Positions 25,677 to 36,225 of a stretch of 64,000 nucleotides of DNA are shown here, in pieces. The first letter of the stretch is position 1. Every line of letters starts with the position of its first letter. The notes under the pieces are model-generated. The model was not told the origin of the DNA. It saw only the letters and a list, made by a program, of their open reading frames with translations, and did not search any database. This stretch comes from Candidatus Ozemobacteraceae bacterium (GTDB lineage: Bacteria; Muiribacteriota; Ozemobacteria; Ozemobacterales; Ozemobacteraceae): contig OZ223236.1 of assembly GCA_965140445.1 (NCBI GenBank), positions 2,656,001 through 2,720,000 on the forward strand. The letters run 5' to 3'. The position numbers and the translations under genes are program-made.

Positions 25677-28142
25677 CTATACGAGTGATTGTGGTATGAT
25701 AGAGTCTTGCTTTTCCTTTTGTTTGAGAGCTTCATTGATTGAGTTAAGTAGCTTTACTACTTCTATTGGCTTTTGTAGGAATGCTACGATTCCAAGCTCT
25801 TCGAATTTTTCTTTTTTCAAAAGCTCATTGAAGCCAGAACAAATTATTATTGGAATTTCAGGTCGCAAATTCCTTATCTCTTTTGTAAGTTCTAAGCCAT
25901 TCAGGAAAGGCATTGTCATGTCTGATATTACCAAATCAAAGCTTTTTGGAGCTCTTTTAAATGATTCAAACGCTGTTTTGGGGTTTGAAAAACCAAAAAC
26001 CTCGTATCCATTTTTTATGAGTATTGAAGAGAGGATTTCTACTATTTGCTTTTCGTCATCTATTATCAGTATTTTTTCGCGATTTCCTTTATTTAGAGAA
26101 GTTATTTCATAGCTATCTTCTATGGCTTCTCCTCCGTTAGCTATAGGTAGGAATACGTGAAAAGTTGTTCCTTTATCAGGTATGGAATAAACTTTTATGA
26201 ATCCATTATGGTCGCTAATTATTCCGTGTACCACAGCTAATCCTAGTCCTGTGCCTTTTCCCAGTTCTTTGGTGGTGAAATATGGCTCAAAAATCTTATT
26301 GATGGTTTCTGGTTCTATTCCTGTACCAGTGTCACTAACCTCAATCTGAATATATTTTCCAGCAGAGATTCGTAAATTGGGGGCAAGAAGGTCTAATTCT
26401 TCTTTTGTTAAAGACACGTCTTTCAGAGAGACTCCAAGAATTCCTGAAGACTTTTCCATACTATGATAAGCATTGGTACATAGATTCATTAGAATTTGAT
26501 GAATCTGAGTTGGGTCTGCATAGACTAAGCTGTTAGATACAACTGACTGCTTTATTTCAATAGTAGATGGAATTGTTGAACGAATCATTTGCATTACTTC
26601 TTTTGCAATAATCGATATTCGAAGTGTTTGTTTTTGAGATTTTCCTTTTCTACTGAAGGTTAAAATGTGTCTGACAAGATCCCTGGCCCTTTTGGCAGCA
26701 CTTAAAATCTCATCAAGGTTCTTATTAATTTCTTCAGGATCATCAAGATTAAATTTTGCAAGTTCAATATAGCCAAAGATTACCGAAAGGATGTTGTTAA
26801 AGTCATGGGCAACTCCACCAGCAAGTGTTCCCATTGCCTCCAGTTTCTGGTTTTGGAAAAGCTCTTTCTCAAGCTGTTTTTGTCGAGTAATATCTATTCC
26901 AATGGTTAGAAGCTCTTTAAATTTTCCTTCCTCATCAAACATTGCTTTATTGCTCCATTGAACATATAAAGTGGTTCCATCCTTGCAGATATTTTCATTT
27001 TCATAAATGGGGAAATTATCTGGATTTTCAAGAATTTTACTGATTTGTTTTTCAAGATCGTAACCACTTCTGTCTTTTGCTGGAACAATTGTGTTTATGA
27101 CATTCTTTCCCACCAATTCATCTTTTGTATAGCCAAAAAATTTTAAGCCAAACTTGTTCATGTAGAGGATTTTTCCGGCCTTATTTACCGTTAGTATTAT
27201 TGTATTTGCGCTTTCAACCAATTCTCTATATTGGTTTTCTTTTTGTCTTAATTCTTTAGTTTGTTTTTGAACGATTTGCTTCAAAAACCAATTCGAGATC
27301 AGAAAAAAAACGACAAGAAAGATAAAAATAACTGAGGTAAGCCAAACCCAGGAAGGGGTTATTTTTTCAAATCTAATCCCTTGAAGCCAGAACCTTGTTT
27401 TTTGATGCAAAAAAGAGTTTTCGCTTTTGCCCCAATTTTTAATTTTTTCATTAATAAAATCTAGAAGATTTTCATTTTTGCCGCGCTTGGTGGCAAAAAA
27501 TAAAGGTTCTGGTAAAAATTGGATAAAGCTTGGGATCAGGTTGTATTTTGAGGCGTTATTTAAGCCGAATAGTTGTGGAGAAACACCTGCCATTATTTCA
27601 CCGTTTTTTATAGCATCAAAAATGTCTGTTTGCTTGGAAAAATAAATAAGGTCACATTTTACGCCTACTGCATTTATCGTTTTGATAAAATTATATCCAC
27701 AAACGTCTCTGGATAAAATTCCGACTTTTTTTCCCTCAAGATCTTTGATGCTGTGGACATGGCTATCTTGCTTTATAAAAACTTGTCCCCATATTTCTGC
27801 AACGGGGTGCTGGCTATATTTCAAATGTTGCATTCGTTCTGGAGTCTTGGCTATTGATGAAATCAAGTCTATTTCACCTTTTTCCAATCTCTCAAGGCAT
27901 TGGGCCCAAGTGCCATAGACAAATTCTAACTTATACTCGCTGTTTTTAAAGATTTCTCTTAAAACATCTGGAAATAAGCCTTCTGCCTGACCGTCTTTAT
28001 TTACAAAATTCAATGGGTAAAGGGGGAAAACACCAGCTTTAATTATTTTTACGCTTTTTTCCTGGGCCTTAACTGAACTAATTTGAGAGAAAGGCGAAAT
28101 AAGAAAAATTGCTAAAATTAGTAATAAAAAGAATTTCCTCAC
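25677..28142 (-). CDS. Hybrid sensor histidine kinase (periplasmic SBP-PAS-HisKA-HATPase-REC)
   Basis: Family-3 SBP-like N-terminus, TM, PAS, AGGVAHDFNN, NLCTNA, DTGTG, GTGLGL, receiver DDE/DMTMP/KP. Confidence 0.93.
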   Translation of the reverse strand: MRKFFLLLILAIFLISPFSQISSVKAQEKSVKIIKAGVFPLYPLNFVNKDGQAEGLFPDVLREIFKNSEYKLEFVYGTWAQCLERLEKGEIDLISSIAKTPERMQHLKYSQHPVAEIWGQVFIKQDSHVHSIKDLEGKKVGILSRDVCGYNFIKTINAVGVKCDLIYFSKQTDIFDAIKNGEIMAGVSPQLFGLNNASKYNLIPSFIQFLPEPLFFATKRGKNENLLDFINEKIKNWGKSENSFLHQKTRFWLQGIRFEKITPSWVWLTSVIFIFLVVFFLISNWFLKQIVQKQTKELRQKENQYRELVESANTIILTVNKAGKILYMNKFGLKFFGYTKDELVGKNVINTIVPAKDRSGYDLEKQISKILENPDNFPIYENENICKDGTTLYVQWSNKAMFDEEGKFKELLTIGIDITRQKQLEKELFQNQKLEAMGTLAGGVAHDFNNILSVIFGYIELAKFNLDDPEEINKNLDEILSAAKRARDLVRHILTFSRKGKSQKQTLRISIIAKEVMQMIRSTIPSTIEIKQSVVSNSLVYADPTQIHQILMNLCTNAYHSMEKSSGILGVSLKDVSLTKEELDLLAPNLRISAGKYIQIEVSDTGTGIEPETINKIFEPYFTTKELGKGTGLGLAVVHGIISDHNGFIKVYSIPDKGTTFHVFLPIANGGEAIEDSYEITSLNKGNREKILIIDDEKQIVEILSSILIKNGYEVFGFSNPKTAFESFKRAPKSFDLVISDMTMPFLNGLELTKEIRNLRPEIPIIICSGFNELLKKEKFEELGIVAFLQKPIEVVKLLNSINEALKQKEKQDSIIPQSLV

Positions 28143-28299
28143 AAAATGCCTCTTGTTAAACTCTATAATTTTTTTCAGATATTTGCCTGCTAATACTATA
28201 AATTTAAAATGTTTTAGCCTTTATACCTACTCATTTAAACCTATCAATTAACTTAATTTATGTCAATTGTACACAGTTGTTTATAGATAGTTAAAGGCT

Positions 28300-28851
28300 T
28301 TATGGATTAGGTTTTATAAGGAATTGCTTCAATTGAGATAACTCAAATTGGTTTGCCCCATGAAGCTTTTCCAATCGAATTTCTTCTTCGAGAAGTAATT
28401 TGTGGGTTTCGTATGCCGATGAGGCTAGATTTTCAAGTTTCTCTGGTTTACGGTTAATAGTGTATTCAATTCCTTCACAGGAAATTTGCCATTTTTTTAT
28501 GACCAGTTTGTGAAACTTTACTAATTCTTTTGGTGGATTTGTATTTTCCAATTTTGAAATGAGGATTTTCAGTTGGTTTTTGTCTTCTGAAATTGATTTA
28601 AGAAGTTTACTTTTGTTTATTTGATTTGAATCATCAGCCAGGAGCAACTTAAACTTTTGGCCTGTTGAATTTGTTATTGTTTGGAATTGATCAACAGTCT
28701 CATTTATTTCATTTAAATAATGCGTTTTTATCTCTTTCCAATTTTGGTAATTTTTTTGTGAAGCCTTGTTAGATTTATTTAGTAAGAAACCTATTGCAAG
28801 CAAGCAGAGCGAAAAAATGGTTAGAGCAATGATGAAATGTTTTAATTTCAT
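28300..28851 (-). CDS. Membrane-anchored helical hypothetical protein
   Basis: N-terminal hydrophobic segment; TAATG-coupled to the upstream ORF. Confidence 0.65.
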   Translation of the reverse strand: MKLKHFIIALTIFSLCLLAIGFLLNKSNKASQKNYQNWKEIKTHYLNEINETVDQFQTITNSTGQKFKLLLADDSNQINKSKLLKSISEDKNQLKILISKLENTNPPKELVKFHKLVIKKWQISCEGIEYTINRKPEKLENLASSAYETHKLLLEEEIRLEKLHGANQFELSQLKQFLIKPNP

Positions 28852-29699
28852 TAAAAGTAAAAATCCACTCTTTGACCAGACAAGAGCCCGGCATTGCTTT
28901 CAATTAGCTGATAAATGTTTATGGCTTGCTTAAACATGCTATCTGCAGGGAAATCATTTGGAGCAGGCGAAGTTTCTGCCAGCTTTTCCATGTTGGTTGG
29001 CTCAACCGGCCTGATTTCAATTGGAGAAACCTTAGAAATGGGCTCTGCACCATAATTTTCAGTGTCAATTGGTGCCGCGGCTGATGGGGGAGGGGCCTTT
29101 GGGACTATGTTTTGTTCGCCAGGTAGAAAGGTTTGTAGCTCATTGTTAATGGTCTGGTTGTATCCATTAGTCTGGAGGAATGAGCGTTGGTCAGGTCTAT
29201 AGGCAAGGTTTCGGTCCAGAAAATTATCCTGGGTCAAAAATGGTTCTAACTGAGCAATTTGTCCCGGTCTGTTTTGAGGGTCCGGTTCATCTGGCACTTT
29301 AGGGGCAGCTAAAGGCTCTGATAGCTGTTTTGGCGGAGTTAGAATCTGATTCTTACGATTTTCTATCGTAAGGGTTTGTGGGGATTTTGAAACGGCGTAG
29401 TGTTTTGAAACCTGGTTTAGTGGCTCATTTGCTATTGGGGAAAAGTTTGAATCCTCACCCTCTGGGATTCGCATTAATCTGGGAGAAAGGGGTTGAGGAC
29501 TGGATCTACTGACATCCTGAATCACATCTTGCGATCTCTCTGGAAGTATCTCTTTTAATCCTGTATCTGAATCTATACTTGTCATTTCCGGTTCAGAGAC
29601 AGGCGGAAGCTGGTGAACCTGACTTTTAACATTGGTCGGAACCTGGTTAAAGAGGTTTACCTGATAAGAATACCTTATTCCCTTTACTGAAATAGCCAT
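28851..29699 (-). CDS. Pro/Gln-rich hypothetical protein
   Basis: Long ORF; likely start MAISVKG (ATG 29699), though the ORF extends to 29738. Confidence 0.65.
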   Translation of the reverse strand: MAISVKGIRYSYQVNLFNQVPTNVKSQVHQLPPVSEPEMTSIDSDTGLKEILPERSQDVIQDVSRSSPQPLSPRLMRIPEGEDSNFSPIANEPLNQVSKHYAVSKSPQTLTIENRKNQILTPPKQLSEPLAAPKVPDEPDPQNRPGQIAQLEPFLTQDNFLDRNLAYRPDQRSFLQTNGYNQTINNELQTFLPGEQNIVPKAPPPSAAAPIDTENYGAEPISKVSPIEIRPVEPTNMEKLAETSPAPNDFPADSMFKQAINIYQLIESNAGLLSGQRVDFYF

Positions 29700-29774
29700 A
29701 CCTATTATTATAATAACCCTGATAGGGGTTTTTATCAAATCTTAGACACCAAAACTCCTATTTTATCTGTAATT

Positions 29775-30257
29775 GTGGAGGGTTTTATGAAAAAAGTTCT
29801 ATTTACTATAATTTTGATTACTTTTTTTTCTACGGGCATTTTAGGTGGAGAAGTTTTCAAGCTTAGCGCACAAGAATCCGGTGCAAACCCAACAGGCGCT
29901 ATAATTGTAGGGAAAATGCCTCGAAACTTGAGTTCTGGTTTTGTTAACTTAAAGAAAAAAGATTACAATGAGGCAATTAAGATCTGGGAAGATAAGGCTT
30001 CACATCCGAAAAAAGTCAGGGAATTAGGCAGTTACTTTAAAAGGCTGCCAAAAGAATTTGGCGATTTTAAATTTGTAGAAGTCGTAAGCACTGTTAAGCT
30101 AGGTGGGCAAACTGAAGTTGTTTATATGATTTTGAATTATGATTATGGAGCAGTTTTTGGGCGCGCCGTTGTCTTTAAATGGTTTAACATCTGTTCGCTG
30201 GTTTTTTCTAAAATGCCAGAAAAAGTATTTCCAGAGAGTATGCTTGTAGAGAAATAG
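29775..30257 (+). CDS. Exported hypothetical protein
   Basis: Signal-like N-terminus; GGAGG SD suggests ATG 29787 as start. Confidence 0.65.
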   Translation: MEGFMKKVLFTIILITFFSTGILGGEVFKLSAQESGANPTGAIIVGKMPRNLSSGFVNLKKKDYNEAIKIWEDKASHPKKVRELGSYFKRLPKEFGDFKFVEVVSTVKLGGQTEVVYMILNYDYGAVFGRAVVFKWFNICSLVFSKMPEKVFPESMLVEK

Positions 30258-30271
30258 AGAAAGGAATCTGA

Positions 30272-32347
30272 ATGTCAAAGCTAATGTATCCAAAAAGCAG
30301 GAAAAGTGAAGTAACAGAAAAAATCCATGAACAATTTATAAAAGATCAATATCGGTGGCTTGAAGGAGACGAAAACGGCTGTTTGACTGAAGAAGTTAGT
30401 TTATGGACTGACGAGCAGAATAATTTTTGCAAAAAAATACTGGAAAACTATCCAGAGAGAGAATCTTTGGAGAAAAGGTTTAAGCCACTTTTAGAAGTAG
30501 ATTCAATTGGTTGCCCGATTATTGGAGGGGATAGGCTATTTTATTCTCGTCGCAGAGGGAACGAAAAGCAGCCTTCTTATTATTATCGAAACAGTCTTTC
30601 GGGCGAGGAAATTCTCCTGCTGGACCCCAACGAAATGGACTCCTCAGGATTATTGGCAGTTCAATGGATTTGCCCATCAATGGATGGAAAGCTTTTAGCT
30701 TATGGTTATTATTTTGCGGGAGATGAGAATTCTACTTTGCAAATCATTGAAGTTGAAACGGGGAAAAAAATTGATCAACCAATCCCGGGAAAGGTTCATA
30801 GTCCATATTTCCTTCCAGACAATTCCGGTTTTGTGTATTCCAGACTCGAAGATATTGAAAACCCTTATTCAAGACAGGTTTGTTTTCATCGAATTGGAAC
30901 AGAAAATAGTACTGATATAGTAATATTTGAGCAGTATAAAACTGGTCCGCTGGCAACTACATGGGGCCCTTTTGGTCATTTAAGTGAGGATGGGAATTAC
31001 CTTTTTCTAGGTTATGCCACAGGAACACGCAGCAATGATTTGTGGGTTGTCGATTTTCAGGAATTTTTAAAAACTGAAAATCTGCAGATGGTAGAAATTG
31101 CCAAGGGAGAGGCTGGGGCTATCTATGCCGATATCCATGGTGATGACCTTTATATATACACAAATTCAGATGCCCCGAATGGTAGAATTTTTAAGACCAA
31201 CATTAAAGATGTGAGCAAAAAAGAATGGAATTTAATTGTTCCTGAAATAGCCGATGAGGTTATTGATGAGTGGGCAATTACTGCTATGGGATTGCTTCTA
31301 ACTTATCAGAAAAACGCTTCTACCCGTCTAGTTCAATTTGATTTTAACGGGAACAGAGTGGGGGACATTCCTTTGCCCGGCATTGGAAGTGTGTTCGCTA
31401 GCTGTAATCCAGGCAAAAAAGACTTTTTCTACGTTTTTTCTTCATTTAATAGTCCCACCAAAATTTTCCATTACGATCTTGAGCAAAAGCATGGCGAAGT
31501 TTGGGAAGAGATAAAAGTTCCAGTTGGTGTTTCTGAGATTGTCGTAAATCAAAAGTGGTTTACTTCAAAAGATGGAACAAAAGTGAGTATGTTTATTGTT
31601 CACAAAAGTGGATTAGAATTGAACAAAAACAATCCAACAATAGTGTACGGTTATGGCGGATTTGGAATCTCAATTACTCCCTCCTTTAATCCTATCATTT
31701 GCACATGGGTAGAGGATGGTGGTGTTTATGCTGTTGTAAATCTGCGGGGTGGCGGCGAGTATGGGCAGGATTGGCACAAGGCAGGAACCAGAGAAAATAA
31801 GGAACGGGTATTTGAAGATTTTGAGTCAGCTACAGAATACCTGATTTCTCAAGGTTATACCTGTAAGGAAAAAGTTGCCGCCATGGGAAGATCCAACGGT
31901 GGGCTTCTTGCTGGCGCAGTACTTACCAGACGACCTGATTTGTTCAAAGCAATTGTATGTGGAGTTCCTCTTCTGGACATGATTCGTTTTCAGTCATTTT
32001 TAATGGCAAGATTTTGGGTCCCTGAGTATGGAACTGCTGAAAACAAAGAAGACTTTGCCTGGCTGATAAAGTATTCGCCTTACCATAATGTGAAAACAGG
32101 AACCAGGTATCCCAGTACTTTTATTTTTACTGCAGAAAACGATACCAGGGTCCATCCAATGCATGCACGTAAAATGGCGGCTTTATTGCAGGATTCTACT
32201 TCTGCAGATCCTGATGATGCACCAATCTTACTATCTGTTGATAGATTGTCGGGGCATGGTATGGGCAAACCTCTCAATCTTGTTCTAGAAGAAACATTAG
32301 ATATCTGGACCTTTTTAAGATGGCAACTAGGCTTGAAAACAACATGA
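30272..32347 (+). CDS. Prolyl oligopeptidase (S9A)
   Basis: DQYRWLE, YGYGGF, RGGGEYG, GRSNGG (Ser), DTRV (Asp), SGHG (His). Confidence 0.95.
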   Translation: MSKLMYPKSRKSEVTEKIHEQFIKDQYRWLEGDENGCLTEEVSLWTDEQNNFCKKILENYPERESLEKRFKPLLEVDSIGCPIIGGDRLFYSRRRGNEKQPSYYYRNSLSGEEILLLDPNEMDSSGLLAVQWICPSMDGKLLAYGYYFAGDENSTLQIIEVETGKKIDQPIPGKVHSPYFLPDNSGFVYSRLEDIENPYSRQVCFHRIGTENSTDIVIFEQYKTGPLATTWGPFGHLSEDGNYLFLGYATGTRSNDLWVVDFQEFLKTENLQMVEIAKGEAGAIYADIHGDDLYIYTNSDAPNGRIFKTNIKDVSKKEWNLIVPEIADEVIDEWAITAMGLLLTYQKNASTRLVQFDFNGNRVGDIPLPGIGSVFASCNPGKKDFFYVFSSFNSPTKIFHYDLEQKHGEVWEEIKVPVGVSEIVVNQKWFTSKDGTKVSMFIVHKSGLELNKNNPTIVYGYGGFGISITPSFNPIICTWVEDGGVYAVVNLRGGGEYGQDWHKAGTRENKERVFEDFESATEYLISQGYTCKEKVAAMGRSNGGLLAGAVLTRRPDLFKAIVCGVPLLDMIRFQSFLMARFWVPEYGTAENKEDFAWLIKYSPYHNVKTGTRYPSTFIFTAENDTRVHPMHARKMAALLQDSTSADPDDAPILLSVDRLSGHGMGKPLNLVLEETLDIWTFLRWQLGLKTT

Positions 32348-32931
32348 TAATTGCTTTTTTTGATTTTGACAAAACAATCACGAGTGAAGATAGTTTTAAA
32401 CAGTTTCTTGTTTTTGCGGTGGGTCGCAAAAAATTCTGCATTGGAATTCTTAAAAATTTTTTCACTCTTGTTGGTTACACTCTTGGTTTAATTCCCAACT
32501 ATGTTGCCAAAGAAAAACTGTTCTCATACTTTTTTAAAGATCTGAATACGAGCGAACTGGAAGGCATTGCTGAAAGATTTTCCCGGGAAAAGCTCCCAGG
32601 CATTGTCAGGTCTTCCGCAATGAAGAAAATCCTATGGCACATGCAGAAAAAGCATCAGGTCGTGGTTGTTTCAGCGTCATTCGAGTTTTATCTGAAATAT
32701 TGGTGCAAACAGCATGATCTTGAGATAATTGGCACCAAGATCGAAAAATTAGATGGGAAGGTTACGGGCAGGTTTGCCAGCAAAAATTGTTATGGCCCTG
32801 AAAAGGTAAATCGCATCAAGGAGAAGTTTAATCTGTCTGAATTTGAGCGCGTTTATGCTTATGGAGATTCCAGAGGAGACCGTGAAATTTTGGAAATCGC
32901 AGATGAGAAGGGTTACAGGATTTTTACCTGA
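32344..32931 (+). CDS. HAD-IB family hydrolase
   Basis: FFDFDKT, VVVSAS, NCYGPEKV, AYGDSRGD; ATG 32344 overlaps the upstream TGA. Confidence 0.9.
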   Translation: MIIAFFDFDKTITSEDSFKQFLVFAVGRKKFCIGILKNFFTLVGYTLGLIPNYVAKEKLFSYFFKDLNTSELEGIAERFSREKLPGIVRSSAMKKILWHMQKKHQVVVVSASFEFYLKYWCKQHDLEIIGTKIEKLDGKVTGRFASKNCYGPEKVNRIKEKFNLSEFERVYAYGDSRGDREILEIADEKGYRIFT

Positions 32932-32937
32932 AAAAAG

Positions 32938-32966
32938 TTGCAAGAAACGCCTTTAAACTGTAGTTT
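32938..32966 (+). promoter_or_regulatory. Putative sigma70 promoter of the ABC operon
   Basis: TTGCAA-17 bp-TAGTTT. Confidence 0.35.
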
Positions 32967-33020
32967 AATTACCCCTGTATGGAATAGAGAAAAATAGAAT
33001 AGAAGGAAAGGAGCTTACAT

Positions 33021-35006
33021 TTGAAAAATATGAAGAGTTTCGGCAGTTGTTTTTTGCTCCTGTTCGTTATGCTTTGTTGTTTCCCAGCGTTGGGAGAAGA
33101 AATCAATGAACAGAAGAGCGCGATCCAGGAAGAAAAAGTTGTGCCGGAGAAAACTGTAGACTCAAGTTCCCAGAAGACTACAAGTGGGGCAACAGTGGTT
33201 TCTGCTCCGGATTTAAGCAATCTCAAAGATGGGATTTCAGCTGAAGTATTAGAGGTGCTTCCTAAGTTAATCTGGAAAGGCCATGATGCATACAAGGGCT
33301 ATGGAAGCCATGAAGCAAAAAAAGGGGGAACTCTTAAGTATGTTTCGCCCAGCTTTCCAGCAACCCTGAGAACAGTGGGCAAAAACTCCGGATCAGGTTT
33401 TAACAGAATGCTTACAAGTCTTTGTTATGAAACACTTCTTGATCTGGACCCGATAACTTATGATTATGCACCTTTATTGGCCAACAAATGGGCGATTGCA
33501 GAAGATAAGGTTTCCTTCTTTTTTCATATTGATGAAAGAGCGAAGTGGTCTGATGGCGTGCCTGTTACCTCAAATGATATGGTAGCTACCTGGGATAAGT
33601 ATGTTGACCCGGGTATTGAAGATCCTTTTAATAATGATTATTACTCAAAATATGAAAGGCCAATAGCGATTACAGACCAGGTTGTAATGATCAAGTCCAA
33701 GAAGCTTAACTGGCGAACCTTTATGTCAGCTGGTTTTTTCGTAATACTTCCTGGACACATTCTTTCAAAAATTTCAGGTGAAGAATTCTTAAAGGAATAT
33801 CAGTTTAAGATGCTTCCTGGTTCTGGGCCATATACTTATGAGAGCTCAAAAACCAATGAAGAAATAATTCTTCGCCGCCGAACAGACTGGTGGCAGAAAG
33901 ACTTTGAAAGAACTATCGGTTACAACAATTTTGATAAGCTCCATTATTTGTTTATTTCTGATGAAAATCTTGTAAAAGAAAAATTTAAAAAAGGCGAGTT
34001 GGATTGGCTGCATGTGCTTGTTGCACGAGAGTGGCACCAGGAATTTATTCCTGCGATGATGCCTCAAATAGCAAAAGGCTGGATCCAAAAGCGAAAAGTT
34101 TATACTCATCAACCTTGTGGGACTCAAGGAATTGCTTTTAACATGAGAAAGCCACCTTTTGATGATATCAGGATTCGTAAAGCTATTGCATACTTGTTCA
34201 ATCGAGAAAAAATGATGGATAAGCTTTTTTTTAATGAATATGAATTTTTGGACAGTTTTTATCCAAATTCACCTTATGAGAATCCTGATAACCCAAAGAT
34301 AAGGTACAATCCAGATAAAGCTGTTGAACTTCTTGAAGAAGCAGGATGGTTACAGGCAAACCGTGATTCTGATGGCTGGTTGGTAAAAGATGGGAAAAGG
34401 TTTGAGGTAACTCTGAATTTTGTTTCAAAAGGTTCTGAAAGATTTATGACGGTTTTTCAGGAAGACCTTCGCGATGTTGGAATAAAATTGAATCTCAAAC
34501 AGGTGACCTGGGCAACTGATATTAAAGAAGTTGGCGAAAGAAATTTCCAGATGAATTCAAGAGCTTATGGGGCAATTCTATTTCCTAATCCTGAAAGTTC
34601 AATGCATTCAAAATTTGCAGATAAACCAAATAACAACAATATCTGGGGACTAAAAAACGACAGAATAGATGAGATTTGCGCAAGCTACACGTTAATGTTT
34701 GACCCAAAAGAAAGAATTGAAGCTGTAAAGGAAATAGATGGTATTGCAGCTAAGATGCACCTTTATGCCTTGGGTTGGTTTTCTCCTCATACCAGAATTC
34801 TATATTGGAATAAATTTGGCATGCCTCCTGGAATAATGTCTAAAATTAGCGATGAAAGATCCATTGCTTCTCTCTGGTGGTATGACGAAGAGAAAGATAA
34901 GGCGTTAAAAGAAGCTATGAAAAATGACACAAAACTTCCGCGTGGCAAAGAAGTTGTTAAATGGTGGGACGAAAACTACCCGCAGAAGGACTTAGAGGTT
35001 AAATAG
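33021..35006 (+). CDS. ABC transporter peptide-binding protein (family 5, YejA-like)
   Basis: AKKGGTL, AKWSDGVPVT, GSGPY, FNMRKPPFDDIRIRKAI, YWNKFG, WWYD. Confidence 0.9.
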   Translation: MKNMKSFGSCFLLLFVMLCCFPALGEEINEQKSAIQEEKVVPEKTVDSSSQKTTSGATVVSAPDLSNLKDGISAEVLEVLPKLIWKGHDAYKGYGSHEAKKGGTLKYVSPSFPATLRTVGKNSGSGFNRMLTSLCYETLLDLDPITYDYAPLLANKWAIAEDKVSFFFHIDERAKWSDGVPVTSNDMVATWDKYVDPGIEDPFNNDYYSKYERPIAITDQVVMIKSKKLNWRTFMSAGFFVILPGHILSKISGEEFLKEYQFKMLPGSGPYTYESSKTNEEIILRRRTDWWQKDFERTIGYNNFDKLHYLFISDENLVKEKFKKGELDWLHVLVAREWHQEFIPAMMPQIAKGWIQKRKVYTHQPCGTQGIAFNMRKPPFDDIRIRKAIAYLFNREKMMDKLFFNEYEFLDSFYPNSPYENPDNPKIRYNPDKAVELLEEAGWLQANRDSDGWLVKDGKRFEVTLNFVSKGSERFMTVFQEDLRDVGIKLNLKQVTWATDIKEVGERNFQMNSRAYGAILFPNPESSMHSKFADKPNNNNIWGLKNDRIDEICASYTLMFDPKERIEAVKEIDGIAAKMHLYALGWFSPHTRILYWNKFGMPPGIMSKISDERSIASLWWYDEEKDKALKEAMKNDTKLPRGKEVVKWWDENYPQKDLEVK

Positions 35007-35007
35007 C

Positions 35008-36225
35008 ATGTTTAGTTACTTTATAAGACGATTTCTTTTAATCATTCCAACTTTTATAGGAATTACCTTCCTTTGCTTTACAGTTACCAGATTTGTTCCT
35101 GGTGGACCAGTTGAGCAGGCAGTGCTCAGATATCAGCAGGCCGCTTCTCAAAATGGTGAAGGTGGCGGTGGAGGTTCTTCAGCCGTAGATGAACAGGGAC
35201 AGATCTCACCAGAAATGATGGAAAAGCTTAAAGCAATTTATGGTTTTGATAAGCCATTTTATGTTGCATATGCTCATTGGTTTTGGAGAGTATTACATTT
35301 GGATTTAGGTGAATCAGATACCTATGCAAGGCCAGTTTGGGATTTAGTTACAGAGCGGTTTCCAATTTCAATCTGGTTTGGGCTAACTGGCTTTTTGCTG
35401 TCATATAGTATTTGTATCCCGCTTGGGGTCTGGAAAGCAGTTAAGCATGGCTCTATATTTGATACGGGAAGTTCGATTATGGTGTTTATTGCCTATTCGA
35501 TTCCTGGCTGGACCGCCGGTGTTTTACTACTGATGCTTCTTGGGGGAGGTTCCTACTGGAATGTTTTCCCACTGGGAGGTATTCATAGCGCAACCATTAC
35601 TCAAGAATCTTCATTAGCAAGCCATTTGCAGCAGGGGGCAATGGTTAACGATCTGGCAGAAGAGGTAAGAAAACAGTATCCAAAACTTCGTGCCGGCAGC
35701 TACATCAATAGTGAACATCCTGCATTTGCTTCTGTTCCAGCAGATAAGAGAATTCAGTTGAAGCAGGGTGAATATAAAGATCTTTCCACGGTTGGAAAAT
35801 TTCTGGATAAAGCAAACCACATGGTTTTACCTGTTTTTTGTTATGTTCTCGGCATGTTTGCATCAATGACTGTCTTGATGAAAAACTCTCTAATGGAGAA
35901 TCTTGGACAGGATTATGTCAGAACTGCATTTGCCAAAGGACTTTCTGAGAAAACCGTTATTTTTAAACATGCATTAAGGAACTCGCTGATTCCAATTGCA
36001 ACAGGATTGGGCCATATGCTCTCCTTTATCCTTGCAGGATCGTACCTTATTGAAAAAGTTTTCAATATTAATGGATTTGGCTTGCTTGGCTATGAATCTT
36101 TGATCGCCAGAGATTACCCCGTTACGCTGGGTATTCTGGTTATTGGTTCATTGCTAAAACTTTTCGGAAACATCTTTTCCGATATCCTCTACTGCATTAT
36201 TGACCCAAGGATCAGATTCTCATGA
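35008..36225 (+). CDS. ABC peptide permease (YejB/OppB-like)
   Basis: FVPGGPVEQ, YGFDKP, DYVRTAFAKGL, IDPRI. Confidence 0.92.
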   Translation: MFSYFIRRFLLIIPTFIGITFLCFTVTRFVPGGPVEQAVLRYQQAASQNGEGGGGGSSAVDEQGQISPEMMEKLKAIYGFDKPFYVAYAHWFWRVLHLDLGESDTYARPVWDLVTERFPISIWFGLTGFLLSYSICIPLGVWKAVKHGSIFDTGSSIMVFIAYSIPGWTAGVLLLMLLGGGSYWNVFPLGGIHSATITQESSLASHLQQGAMVNDLAEEVRKQYPKLRAGSYINSEHPAFASVPADKRIQLKQGEYKDLSTVGKFLDKANHMVLPVFCYVLGMFASMTVLMKNSLMENLGQDYVRTAFAKGLSEKTVIFKHALRNSLIPIATGLGHMLSFILAGSYLIEKVFNINGFGLLGYESLIARDYPVTLGILVIGSLLKLFGNIFSDILYCIIDPRIRFS

